64,000 nucleotides of DNA from Promethearchaeota archaeon (lineage in GTDB: Archaea > Asgardarchaeota > Lokiarchaeia > Sigyniarchaeales > SOKP01): NCBI GenBank assembly GCA_016926735.1, contig JAFGOA010000014.1:28112-92111 (forward strand), read 5' to 3'. The notes under the pieces were generated by a model. That model did not search any database and was not told where the DNA came from. It worked only from the letters and a program-made list of their open reading frames with translations. Below are positions 40,111-48,964 of this stretch, one piece after another. The position numbers and the translations under genes were made by a program. Numbering within the stretch: the stretch's first letter is position 1; each line of letters opens with the position of its first letter.

Positions 40111-41790
40111 ATGAACACAATTAAAGACGTAGAGGAATCAGGAAAATCAGAAAAAGATACACTCCCAAGTAAGCAGTTAGATGCCTTAAAGTATTTAGAA
40201 AAACTCGCTGGTAAAAATCTTTCCATAGTAAGCAAAATAACCTATGAAAAAGGAATAACGATCGAAAAAGGGCAGATAACGGGACTTAATCTTGAATATT
40301 GTGGACTAACATCTGTTCCAGACGTATTGACTGCTTTTCCAAACCTTCAAATTCTTGTCTTAAAGAATAATAAACTTAGTTCCCTTTCTGAGACAATCAG
40401 TCATCTTGGATCTCTTAAAGAGCTATATTTAACTGGAAATCCCTTAGAGAACCTTCCTGAAGTGATTGGAGACCTAAATGAGCTTGGAAAATTATCATTA
40501 ACCCATACTCATCTAGAAACGCTTCCAGAATCGTTTGGAAACCTCAAGAATCTTCAGTGGCTAAATTTAGAAAATAGTAAAATATCCCATCTTCCAGAAT
40601 CGATTGGGCATCTTAAAAATCTTAAGAGACTAATCCTTAATAACAATTATTTAAAAGAGCTTCCAGAATCAATTGGACACCTTAAATCGCTTGAATCTCT
40701 CAATTTGGTATATAATAAATTAATTAAACTACCTAACTCAATTGGAAATCTCTCATCCCTCAGAGAACTTAGCATTTATAGTGAATGCCTCACAAAAGTT
40801 CCTGAATCAATTGGTAATCTTATCTCACTTAATAAACTTAATCTTCATAGCAATATCCTCTCAGACGTTCCAGAATCTATAGGAAATCTTACTTCCCTTA
40901 AAGAACTTAGTATTTATAGTGATAACCTCCCAGAAGTTCCTGAATCAATTGGTAATCTTAACTCACTTAATAAACTTAATATTCATAGTGATAAAATCTC
41001 AGAGCTTCCAGAATCTATAGGCAATCTTCCATCACTTACAGAACTTAGTATTTATTGTGATAACCTCCCAGAAGTTCCTGAATCAATAGGTAATCTCACT
41101 TCCCTCAAAGATTTCTTTTTGAGATCAAGAATAGAAAATCTTCCTGAATCAATTGGGAATCTCACTTCTCTTGAGTCTTTAAACCTTTCTAACAATCGCC
41201 TCTCACAACTTCCAGATACAATAACGAATCTTAAAAAGCTTAAAATCTTAAGAATTGGGAGAAACTTTACGGAATTTCCAAGGATAATACTAAAGCTCAC
41301 CACACTCCAGGAATTATATCTTGGATTTAATAAGTTGGAAACGATTCCCGAATCAATTGAAAAGCTTAAAAATCTTAAAGAACTATCCTTTCATAATAAT
41401 AAGTTAAAAGATATCCCTGAGTCAATAGGGAATCTAACTTTGCTCCAAACCTTATGGTTAAAAGATAACCTGTTAGAAAAGCTTCCTGATTCTATAGGAA
41501 ACCTCAAGGAACTTCGCTTATTATATCTTCACTCTAATAACCTCGGATCACTTCCAGATACAATTCAGAATCTTACAAAACTCGAAAGGGTTTATTTACA
41601 AGAGAATTACGAGATGGAAGAAATTGATCTCTCTCTATTTAAGAATTGTGAAAGGTTGTATCTACTAAATCTGCCATATCCTTATAACATAGAAAAATTC
41701 TATTGGACGGGCTCAAAAATACCTGAAAAACAATCTATTCCTAGAGGTCTCTGGAAATTTTACTCAAAATTAGTTCTAAGAAAAAAATAA
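40111..41790 (+). CDS. Leucine-rich repeat protein (~20 repeats of 23 aa); candidate immunity protein
   Basis: LPESIGNLxxLxxLxLxxNxL repeats; no signal peptide or TM; 76 bp downstream of and co-oriented with the giant ORF; last gene before the right island repeat. Confidence 0.93.
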   Translation: MNTIKDVEESGKSEKDTLPSKQLDALKYLEKLAGKNLSIVSKITYEKGITIEKGQITGLNLEYCGLTSVPDVLTAFPNLQILVLKNNKLSSLSETISHLGSLKELYLTGNPLENLPEVIGDLNELGKLSLTHTHLETLPESFGNLKNLQWLNLENSKISHLPESIGHLKNLKRLILNNNYLKELPESIGHLKSLESLNLVYNKLIKLPNSIGNLSSLRELSIYSECLTKVPESIGNLISLNKLNLHSNILSDVPESIGNLTSLKELSIYSDNLPEVPESIGNLNSLNKLNIHSDKISELPESIGNLPSLTELSIYCDNLPEVPESIGNLTSLKDFFLRSRIENLPESIGNLTSLESLNLSNNRLSQLPDTITNLKKLKILRIGRNFTEFPRIILKLTTLQELYLGFNKLETIPESIEKLKNLKELSFHNNKLKDIPESIGNLTLLQTLWLKDNLLEKLPDSIGNLKELRLLYLHSNNLGSLPDTIQNLTKLERVYLQENYEMEEIDLSLFKNCERLYLLNLPYPYNIEKFYWTGSKIPEKQSIPRGLWKFYSKLVLRKK

Positions 41791-41908
41791 CGTTAATTAT
41801 AAATATTTATTTAGCACAGAGTCAAAATCATTAGAGTTTGAATGGATTATATATTTAGAAAAAGTAACCTGGAAGACTTAATTAAAAATAGAATTAAAAA
41901 GAAGAGTT

Positions 41909-41997
41909 TCTACTTTTTTTTTCTTAGTCAAGAAAATATCCTCATTTTAAAATTAATTTTAATAAGAATATATTTCTAAAAAGTTTTTTCATTTTAT
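41909..41997. repeat. Right copy of 89-bp direct repeat; includes a truncated rpoH 5' duplicate
   Basis: Minus strand reads from TTG as MTKKKKVETLLFNSIFN*, versus rpoH MTKKKRVDVLLHK; 83/89 nt identical to 861-949. Confidence 0.93.
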
Positions 41998-42030
41998 ACC
42001 ATAAAAAAAAACCTTGATATTCTTTAGAAT

Positions 42031-42660
42031 TCAGACAAAAGAATATTGAAAAATCCAAAATCCACTCCTTTTACATTTTACTTTAATTTTATTTTTAAAT
42101 TTATCTAATAAATATTTATAGACATGGGGAGCTCCCATTTTTTTCCTAATAACAAATTCAAATAATCCTCCTTTTTTCAAATAGAATGGTAATACATCAA
42201 ATATCTCAAAAAATTCTTTTTTTCCCTTTCTAAGAGGAGGATTCATATAAATTATATCAAATTTTATATCTTTATTTTTTAATGATTCAAAATAATCCCC
42301 TGAAAAAATATGCATGTTATTTTTTAATTCAGGAAGATTTAATTTTACATTCTCTTTTGTACACCATATCGCTCGCTTATTGCTATCAATAAAATATATC
42401 TCACTATCATGAGAATAATATCCTAATACAATTCCTATTGGTCCATATCCACAACCCAAATCTAATAATATACTTTTTTTTTCAGGAATTGTCATGTTTT
42501 CTATAAGGATTTTAGTCCCTAAATCTATCTTTCTAAATGAAAAAATACCTGTTGTAGTTTTAAATAAAAATAAGTGTCGTCTTAAACTTTCAGAAATTGT
42601 AAAGACTTTTAATTGAGAATCTGGATATTTTGAATAGTAATGATGCTCTTCTTTTACCAT
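42031..42660 (-). CDS. Class I SAM-dependent methyltransferase, RsmC/MTS family
   Basis: GIFSFRKIDLGT, LDLGCGYGPIG (motif I), NPP (motif IV). Confidence 0.92.
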   Translation of the reverse strand: MVKEEHHYYSKYPDSQLKVFTISESLRRHLFLFKTTTGIFSFRKIDLGTKILIENMTIPEKKSILLDLGCGYGPIGIVLGYYSHDSEIYFIDSNKRAIWCTKENVKLNLPELKNNMHIFSGDYFESLKNKDIKFDIIYMNPPLRKGKKEFFEIFDVLPFYLKKGGLFEFVIRKKMGAPHVYKYLLDKFKNKIKVKCKRSGFWIFQYSFV

Positions 42661-42673
42661 TTTTCATACTTAT

Positions 42674-43687
42674 TCATTGTTGTTTTGTAGAATCATCCCA
42701 GCGAGGGTATGTTCCTCTTTTCATAAATACCTTATCATTTTTAACCATTATTCCTTTAGTTGCTTTATATATCGTCACTGCATCCTTTTCTGAAATACCA
42801 AATCCTATTAATTCCTTTTTTAACGTCATTAAAGCAACTTGCATACCTGGTTTTATTCGTGCATCTATATAACAAATCCCCGCTGAGGCAAGAGATGCCC
42901 CATGACATAAAGCATCAACAGCCGAGTCTCGAACAAATATTTTAGGAAGATGTTTGACCATTTTTTCCATAGGAGATATCATTTTCTTTAAATAAATATC
43001 ATCATTCTCTTTTTGGTAAATTGTAAAAGCATCTTTTAAATTTTGAAGAGAAATCAAACTTGTATCTTCTTCAAAAAAACCTACTCTTGTTCGCCTTAAC
43101 TCAACCATATGAGCTCCTGAACATAAAGCTTCCCCAATATCAAAACAATATTTTCGAATATATGTTCCTGCCTCGCATCCCACTCTAAAAAGTATATGAT
43201 TTTCTTTTATTTCTAACAAGTCAATATAATAGATTTCTCTCATCCGAAGTTTTCTTGTAACTGAAGATTTAACAGGAGGACGTTGATATATTTTTCCTGT
43301 AAATAATTTTAATATCTTTTCAATTCTCTTTCTCGTTTCTATTTTATGTAAATACATGACACAAATATATTCCTTTCCAGCGTTTAGTAATGCAGATAAA
43401 ACTCTTGTCGCTTGACCTAATCCAACGGGTAATACACCTGTTACCTTTGGATCAAGTGTTCCTCCATGACCAACACTGTCAATATTTAAAATTTTTTTAA
43501 TCCATGAGACAACTTCATGACTCGTTGGACCACTTACTTTATCAAGATTGATAGTTCCATATTCTAAAAGTTGATTTATACTTCGCTTCTCCGGTTCCAA
43601 TCCAAAATCTTGATTCGTTGTTCCTTGAGATTTAATTAATAATTGTTCTGGTTCATCTGAAGGAAGAATAAATTTTGATTTTTCCAT
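42674..43687 (-). CDS. cbf5: H/ACA RNP pseudouridine synthase Cbf5 (TruB family) with PUA domain
   Basis: GPTSHEV, GHGGTLDPKVTGVL, YQRPP, GTYIR, ELRRTRVG and a C-terminal PUA domain; uninterrupted. Confidence 0.96.
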   Translation of the reverse strand: MEKSKFILPSDEPEQLLIKSQGTTNQDFGLEPEKRSINQLLEYGTINLDKVSGPTSHEVVSWIKKILNIDSVGHGGTLDPKVTGVLPVGLGQATRVLSALLNAGKEYICVMYLHKIETRKRIEKILKLFTGKIYQRPPVKSSVTRKLRMREIYYIDLLEIKENHILFRVGCEAGTYIRKYCFDIGEALCSGAHMVELRRTRVGFFEEDTSLISLQNLKDAFTIYQKENDDIYLKKMISPMEKMVKHLPKIFVRDSAVDALCHGASLASAGICYIDARIKPGMQVALMTLKKELIGFGISEKDAVTIYKATKGIMVKNDKVFMKRGTYPRWDDSTKQQ

Positions 43688-44001
43688 GATTAATTTAATA
43701 AATATTTTTAATAAATTATTTGAAATGATTATGATTAAAATTGATACATAAAAAATAAATCATGTTTTAAAGAAAAAATTTTTGAAAGAAATGCTTTTTT
43801 CTATTTTTATTATCTCAACTACAAATAATTTTAATAAATCAAAATTATCAGATTGCAATATTGGTAAGGGTAAATTTAATGAAATTTATGAAGAACCTGT
43901 CTTTGAGTATCTTTTTTCAACGTATATGTATATAATCCATTAAGTCAAAAAAAAAACCCGATTCTAATTTAAAATTTTTAAAAAAAGAAAAAAAAAAGAT
44001 T

Positions 44002-46005
44002 TTATGGTAGTGCTTGTCCACCATCATCTATAATCCAACTATACGTATTTATAAGAATTTCTCTTGCAGTAGCAGCAGTACCTGCGCTATATTGAGAGGT
44101 TCCTGCATGAAAAAATACATTATGTTGGAGATTTAATTGTGACCATCCAATTAAAAGATTATCATAATTAGGAGTGGATAAAATAGCACCTTGAAACATG
44201 TATAACATACTATATACTCTTGAGACATTCCAACTTCCAATATCTTGGTTAAAGGTAGTAGCATAATAGAACATATACCTCATATCTCTGACATTTGAAA
44301 CATTCCAATTTCCAATATCTTGGTTAAAGGCAGTAGCTCTATAGAATATATACCTCATATCTTCTACATTTGAAACATTCCAATTTCCAATATCTTGGTT
44401 AAAGGCAGTAGCATAATCGAACATATAACTCATATCTCGGGTATTTGAAACATCCCAATTACCAATGTCTTGATTGAAAGAATTTGCTAACCGGAACATA
44501 CAACTCATATCTCTGACATTTGAAACATTCCATTCTCCAATATCTTGATCGAATGAATTAGCATTCCCAAACATATAACTCATATCTCGGGTATTTGAAA
44601 CATCCCAATTACCAATATCTTGGTTAAAGGTAGTAGCATAATAGAACATATAACTCATATCTCTAACATTTGAAACATTCCAACCACCAATATCTTGATC
44701 GAATGAATTAGCATTCCCAAACATATAACTCATATCTCGGGTATTTGAAACATTCCAACCACCAATATCTTGATCGAATGATTTAACATTCGTGAACATA
44801 TAACTCATATCTCTGACATTTGAAACATTCCAACCACCAATATCTTGGTTGAAGGAAGTAACGCTACGGAACATAGACCCCATATCTGCAACATTAAAAA
44901 CATTCCAATCTCCAATATCTTGGTTAAATGAATTAGCTTCACAGAACATATAACTCATATCTCTGACATTTGAAACATTCCAATCTCCAATATCTTGGTT
45001 AAATGAAGTTGCGTAATAGAACATAGACCCCATATCTGCGACATTAGAAACATTCCAATCTCCAATATCTTGGTTAAATGAAGTAGTACTATAGAACATA
45101 TAACTCATATCTCTGACATTTGAAACATTCCAATCTCCAATATCTTGGTTAAATGTAGTCGCGTAATAGAACATACGGCGCATACTTTCAATCTTAGAGA
45201 CATTCCAATTATTTAAATTCCCTTTATTACCAAGATCAGTACAACTACTGAACATATTATTTAGATTTGTTGTTCCAGTTAAGTCCAGACTATCCGTAGC
45301 AGCAAGAATTAAGTTAGAACATCCGTCAAAATAGTAACCAGAATTACCCACTCTTAAATCACCCCATTGTTGAATTTCAAGTAATTTTAAATGATCACCA
45401 TTATCATTAAAACACCACCCTATCAAGCTACCATAAATCTCAATGGTATATTCTCCTTCTGAAACATATGTATGAGTTACTTCTTCTTGATTCCAACTTG
45501 TAATAGTATCATTATTTCCATCACCCCAATCTACAATAAAATCATATGTTCCATCTGATTCCAATGGTAGTCTAATTTGATTACTATTACTCGAACCACT
45601 ACTCGTTAATATAGTATCCCATATAGATATAAAAGGTGAATCAGATTCTATTGCATCAATGATAAATGAAACTGATGCCTTTCCTATATTTCCTGCTGAA
45701 TCATTTGCCCAAGCAGTTATAGTATTTAAACCTTCATTAAAAATAATAGAATATGGTGAGGTATAAGTTATATTTGCACCATCATTCCATTTATACCAGA
45801 TAGTATCGATTGCGATATTATCTGATGCTGAAATCTCTAATAATTGACTAGCGTCATAATAAGTAGTGCTTATTGGATTTTCAATTTGTACCTTTGGGGA
45901 AGTTGTATCCTCATCATTCAATTGTGTTATATAAAAAAACAATCCGATAATTGAACTAAGTATGATAATAAATATTAGACTTAGAAATTTTATATTTTTT
46001 TTCAT
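44002..46005 (-). CDS. Membrane-anchored surface protein with Ig-like/PKD domains and DUF285 (BspA-like/PARCEL) repeats
   Basis: N-terminal signal/anchor; WANDSAGN Ig-like motif; VDWGDG...HTY PKD motif; 13-14 repeats of WNVSNVRDMSYMFxxAxSFNQDIG. Confidence 0.9.
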   Translation of the reverse strand: MKKNIKFLSLIFIIILSSIIGLFFYITQLNDEDTTSPKVQIENPISTTYYDASQLLEISASDNIAIDTIWYKWNDGANITYTSPYSIIFNEGLNTITAWANDSAGNIGKASVSFIIDAIESDSPFISIWDTILTSSGSSNSNQIRLPLESDGTYDFIVDWGDGNNDTITSWNQEEVTHTYVSEGEYTIEIYGSLIGWCFNDNGDHLKLLEIQQWGDLRVGNSGYYFDGCSNLILAATDSLDLTGTTNLNNMFSSCTDLGNKGNLNNWNVSKIESMRRMFYYATTFNQDIGDWNVSNVRDMSYMFYSTTSFNQDIGDWNVSNVADMGSMFYYATSFNQDIGDWNVSNVRDMSYMFCEANSFNQDIGDWNVFNVADMGSMFRSVTSFNQDIGGWNVSNVRDMSYMFTNVKSFDQDIGGWNVSNTRDMSYMFGNANSFDQDIGGWNVSNVRDMSYMFYYATTFNQDIGNWDVSNTRDMSYMFGNANSFDQDIGEWNVSNVRDMSCMFRLANSFNQDIGNWDVSNTRDMSYMFDYATAFNQDIGNWNVSNVEDMRYIFYRATAFNQDIGNWNVSNVRDMRYMFYYATTFNQDIGSWNVSRVYSMLYMFQGAILSTPNYDNLLIGWSQLNLQHNVFFHAGTSQYSAGTAATAREILINTYSWIIDDGGQALP
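44190..45210 (-). repeat. 75-bp coding tandem repeats (25-aa DUF285 units)
   Basis: Recurring GAACATATAACTCATATCTC and GAAACATTCCAA blocks at 75-bp spacing, in frame. Confidence 0.9.
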
Positions 46006-46304
46006 GATAATTTTTTTTTTTTTAATTTATTCTTAATTTCCAGAATTTGATTCCAATATAAAGGTTTGAGGTGTACTTTTCAAACTATTTTTTTATAGTT
46101 TTGATTCAAATTATTTTATGTAGAATGCTCTTCATTTCTTAATTAATAATATTAGAACATGAAGTGTAGAAATACAATAATTAGAGAATTAACTCATAAA
46201 ATTTTAAGAATATTGTTTATACTGTTTATAAATAAGGTTTAAATTTGAATTGAGTTTAAAATTTAAAAATATTATTAATTTTATATAATATACATATGAA
46301 TTTG

Positions 46305-46378
46305 CGGGCTATGTGGGAATTGAACCCACGACCTTCAGGTTAAAAGCCTGCCGCGCTACCTGCCTGCGCTAATAGCCC
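46305..46378 (-). tRNA. tRNA-Lys(UUU), no intron
   Basis: Acceptor stem GGGCTAT/ATAGCCC; anticodon loop CTTTTAA; T-arm GTGGGTTCAATTCCCAC. Confidence 0.93.
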
Positions 46379-46514
46379 AAATAATAAAGATATAAAAAAC
46401 GAAAAAATTATTTTGTGGTCTTATTTCATGAATCCTTTATAATATAAAAATTTTATGTGTTAAGAGAGAAATCTAAAACAAGAATGCCTATTCAATAAAT
46501 ATAGTTATCTCTGA

Positions 46515-47549
46515 TTATTTATTGATAAAATGGTTAAATCCATCGATATTTAAGATGATTCTCTCATTATTTTTTATCAAATGGATCTTTGGATCTGATA
46601 TTACTTTTCCGATCTTGTATAGATTCCCACCTTTTGTTTGGACAGCTTTTTTAGCTTCATTAAAATCTTCAACTTTTATTGTAAAAATATGAATAAATTC
46701 TTCTCCTCCACTAAAAACTAAATCTTCTAGTGATATCATAAATTCCTTCGAATATTGAATTGCTTCACTATCAATTAGGTTATCATTGAATTCAATTTCA
46801 AACCCGAGTTCTGAGTTTGAATGAATAAGTTCTTTCAGAGATTTTCCTAATCCATCTGAAGAGTCAATGCTTGCAGTTGCTAATCGATTTTTAGAAAGAA
46901 TTATCCCTTCCTGACCTAAGTCTTTTGGTTCTAAAATACTTCTAATCGATCGTTGATATTTTTTAAAATTATTAATTGGTCCTTTTTTTTTCAAAAGAAT
47001 ATCAAATCCTACTCCTGTTAATCCAAATTTTCCATTAATAACAACTAAGTCATTTTTATTCAATCCCCTTCTTTTAATTATTTTATTATCCTCTAGTATT
47101 CCAAATACTGAAGGATTAATGATAATTTCTTTTGTTTCATTAATATCTCCTCCAATATATTCAATATTGAGAGCAATACAATAATCGATAATACCAATAA
47201 TCATATCCTCAAAATCCTTATATTTTAAATCTAAGGGTAAGCCCAATGAAATAAATATTCCTAAGGGATTAACTCCTTTTACAATTAAATCACTTACATT
47301 CATTAAGACCGCCTTTCTCCCCATCTGATAAAAAGACATTTCTTTAGGAATATCTGTTGTAGAAACCAACATGTCTGAATTAAAAATAAGTTGGAATTTA
47401 TTATTTTTTGAACTTAATTTTTCCATGAAAGAAAAGAAAAACGCATCGTCTCGTATCATTTCTTTTTTTGTTCTTGCATATATGAGATTTTCTATCATTT
47501 CAATGATTTTATTTTCGCCTAGTTCTTTCATAGTTTTATTAGTCCACAT
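46515..47549 (-). CDS. thiL: Thiamine-monophosphate kinase
   Basis: LGENKII, DDA, DMLV, GRKAVLMNVSDL, GGD, DSSDGL, GGEEF motifs. Confidence 0.92.
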   Translation of the reverse strand: MWTNKTMKELGENKIIEMIENLIYARTKKEMIRDDAFFFSFMEKLSSKNNKFQLIFNSDMLVSTTDIPKEMSFYQMGRKAVLMNVSDLIVKGVNPLGIFISLGLPLDLKYKDFEDMIIGIIDYCIALNIEYIGGDINETKEIIINPSVFGILEDNKIIKRRGLNKNDLVVINGKFGLTGVGFDILLKKKGPINNFKKYQRSIRSILEPKDLGQEGIILSKNRLATASIDSSDGLGKSLKELIHSNSELGFEIEFNDNLIDSEAIQYSKEFMISLEDLVFSGGEEFIHIFTIKVEDFNEAKKAVQTKGGNLYKIGKVISDPKIHLIKNNERIILNIDGFNHFINK

Positions 47550-47685
47550 TGAAATCCTCTTATTATTGATATTTATTATAAAATATTAAATTGTTATTAT
47601 AAATTCAGTTCACTCTTAAAATTGATAATAAAATATAAAAATTTTACATTACCTATTAAAATAAATTGCATTGATTATTATTACT

Positions 47686-47782
47686 GCCTTTGTAACTCAG
47701 TTCGTAGAGTGATTGATTCGTAATCAAAATATATAATTGACGTGATATCAATTTGCCGGGGGTTCAATTCCCCCCAGAGGCT
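47686..47782 (+). tRNA. tRNA-Thr(CGU) with 24-nt intron at canonical 37/38 (47723-47746)
   Basis: Acceptor GCCTTTG/CAGAGGC; anticodon stem ATTGA/TCAAT with anticodon CGT; intron hairpin TCAA/TTGA in a relaxed BHB; T-arm GGGGGTTCAATTCCCCC. Confidence 0.88.
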
Positions 47783-47785
47783 TTT

Positions 47786-48796
47786 CTAAACCTCTTCTGA
47801 AACAAAAAATTTATTAACTAAACCCAATGCAAGCGTTCTAAAAGCATCATTAACATTATCTCCCGTTTTAGCTGATGTTTCAATATAAGAAATTCCAAGA
47901 TCTTTTGCTAAAGCCTCTCCTTCCTCTCTTGATACTTGTTTTTTATCTTTTAAGTCTATTTTGTTTCCAATTAAAATAAGATTGATATCGGGAGTTATTG
48001 CTTTTATTTCATTATACCATGATTTAATGTTATCATAAGTATCTTTACGGGTTACGTCATATACTAAAAGACCTGCTTCTGCGTTTCCTAAGTAATTCTT
48101 TCTAACACGCTTAAATTGTGTTTGTCCGGCTAAATCCCAAAGAACAAAGCGGACTAAGGTGTCTAAATCATCAAATTCGCATTCTTTTTTCATAATACTA
48201 ACCCCTATTGTTTCTTTGTAATCTTGAGCAAATGTCCCTTCTACAAATCTATGTACCATGCTTGTCTTTCCAACTCCTCCATCTCCTCCTAATATTAACT
48301 TAAAAGCATATTCACTAGCATTAATTTTTATTTTTTGGAGTTTATCAACCTTTCTCTCTATATGAGAACCTGTAAGAGATGAGATTTTTGGAATAACAGG
48401 ACTAACGGTTCTTCCATCAAAAATACGAGCGATTTTTTCAGCAGTTAAATACGCTAAAGGAAAGACGGGATCAATCATTGCCAATGAATCTAACACAGTT
48501 ACAAAAACAGCCTCTGGACCTGCTTCACAAAATATTAATCGATATTCATCAGTATCAAAGGTACCAGTACCAAATGAACCAGAGCTAAATTCTTGTGTTA
48601 TTCTATTTAAAACAGGTTCTACTAAAGCACTTAAACCCCCTACAATATCTTCCTCAACTGATTTGTCACCTGATCCTGAAATTGTATCCATAATTAAACC
48701 CTCTCGATTAACAATTATTGCCGCAACTAGATCATCTTTTATTTCTTGTCTGTACCATTTCAATAAAGCACTTAATTTTTCCCTATCTACTGACAT
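47786..48796 (-). CDS. Roadblock/LAMTOR-like domain fused to Rab-like small GTPase
   Basis: N-terminal AAIIVNREGLIM roadblock pattern; G1 GDGGVGKTS, G2 YKETIG, G3 WDLAGQ, G4 NKID, G5 ETSAK. Confidence 0.9.
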   Translation of the reverse strand: MSVDREKLSALLKWYRQEIKDDLVAAIIVNREGLIMDTISGSGDKSVEEDIVGGLSALVEPVLNRITQEFSSGSFGTGTFDTDEYRLIFCEAGPEAVFVTVLDSLAMIDPVFPLAYLTAEKIARIFDGRTVSPVIPKISSLTGSHIERKVDKLQKIKINASEYAFKLILGGDGGVGKTSMVHRFVEGTFAQDYKETIGVSIMKKECEFDDLDTLVRFVLWDLAGQTQFKRVRKNYLGNAEAGLLVYDVTRKDTYDNIKSWYNEIKAITPDINLILIGNKIDLKDKKQVSREEGEALAKDLGISYIETSAKTGDNVNDAFRTLALGLVNKFFVSEEV

Positions 48797-48964
48797 AAAT
48801 TTTTCACTTAGATTTTTTAAAAATTCATATTGTTTTATCTAAAAATCAATAACTACTTTCTTTTTAAATAATATTTTAGAAATTTAAATTTTTAGAATAC
48901 TTAAATAATCAATAATTAAGATATGATTCTTTGTATTTATTATTTTTAATTTCAAAGAAAAAGA

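Larger units (their letters stand above)
861..41997. mobile_element. ~41-kb genomic island at the 5' end of rpoH (no integrase seen)
   Basis: Flanking 89-bp direct repeats. Removing the interval with one repeat gives a co-oriented cbf5-methyltransferase-rpoH-rpoB run. Interior is all accessory genes. Confidence 0.75.

Noticed and set aside
950-41908. Island as a provirus, conjugative element or diversity-generating retroelement
   Set aside because: No integrase, capsid, terminase, VirB4/relaxase or reverse transcriptase recognised, and no template/variable repeat pair noticed.
43420-43490. Possible cbf5 intron as in Crenarchaeota
   Set aside because: The GHGGTLDPKVTG region is continuous and in frame; no insert.
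44190-45210. Regular repeats as a CRISPR array
   Set aside because: The 75-bp period is in-frame coding (25-aa DUF285 units), with no unique spacers and no cas genes. The same applies to the 69-bp LRR repeats at 40300-41600.
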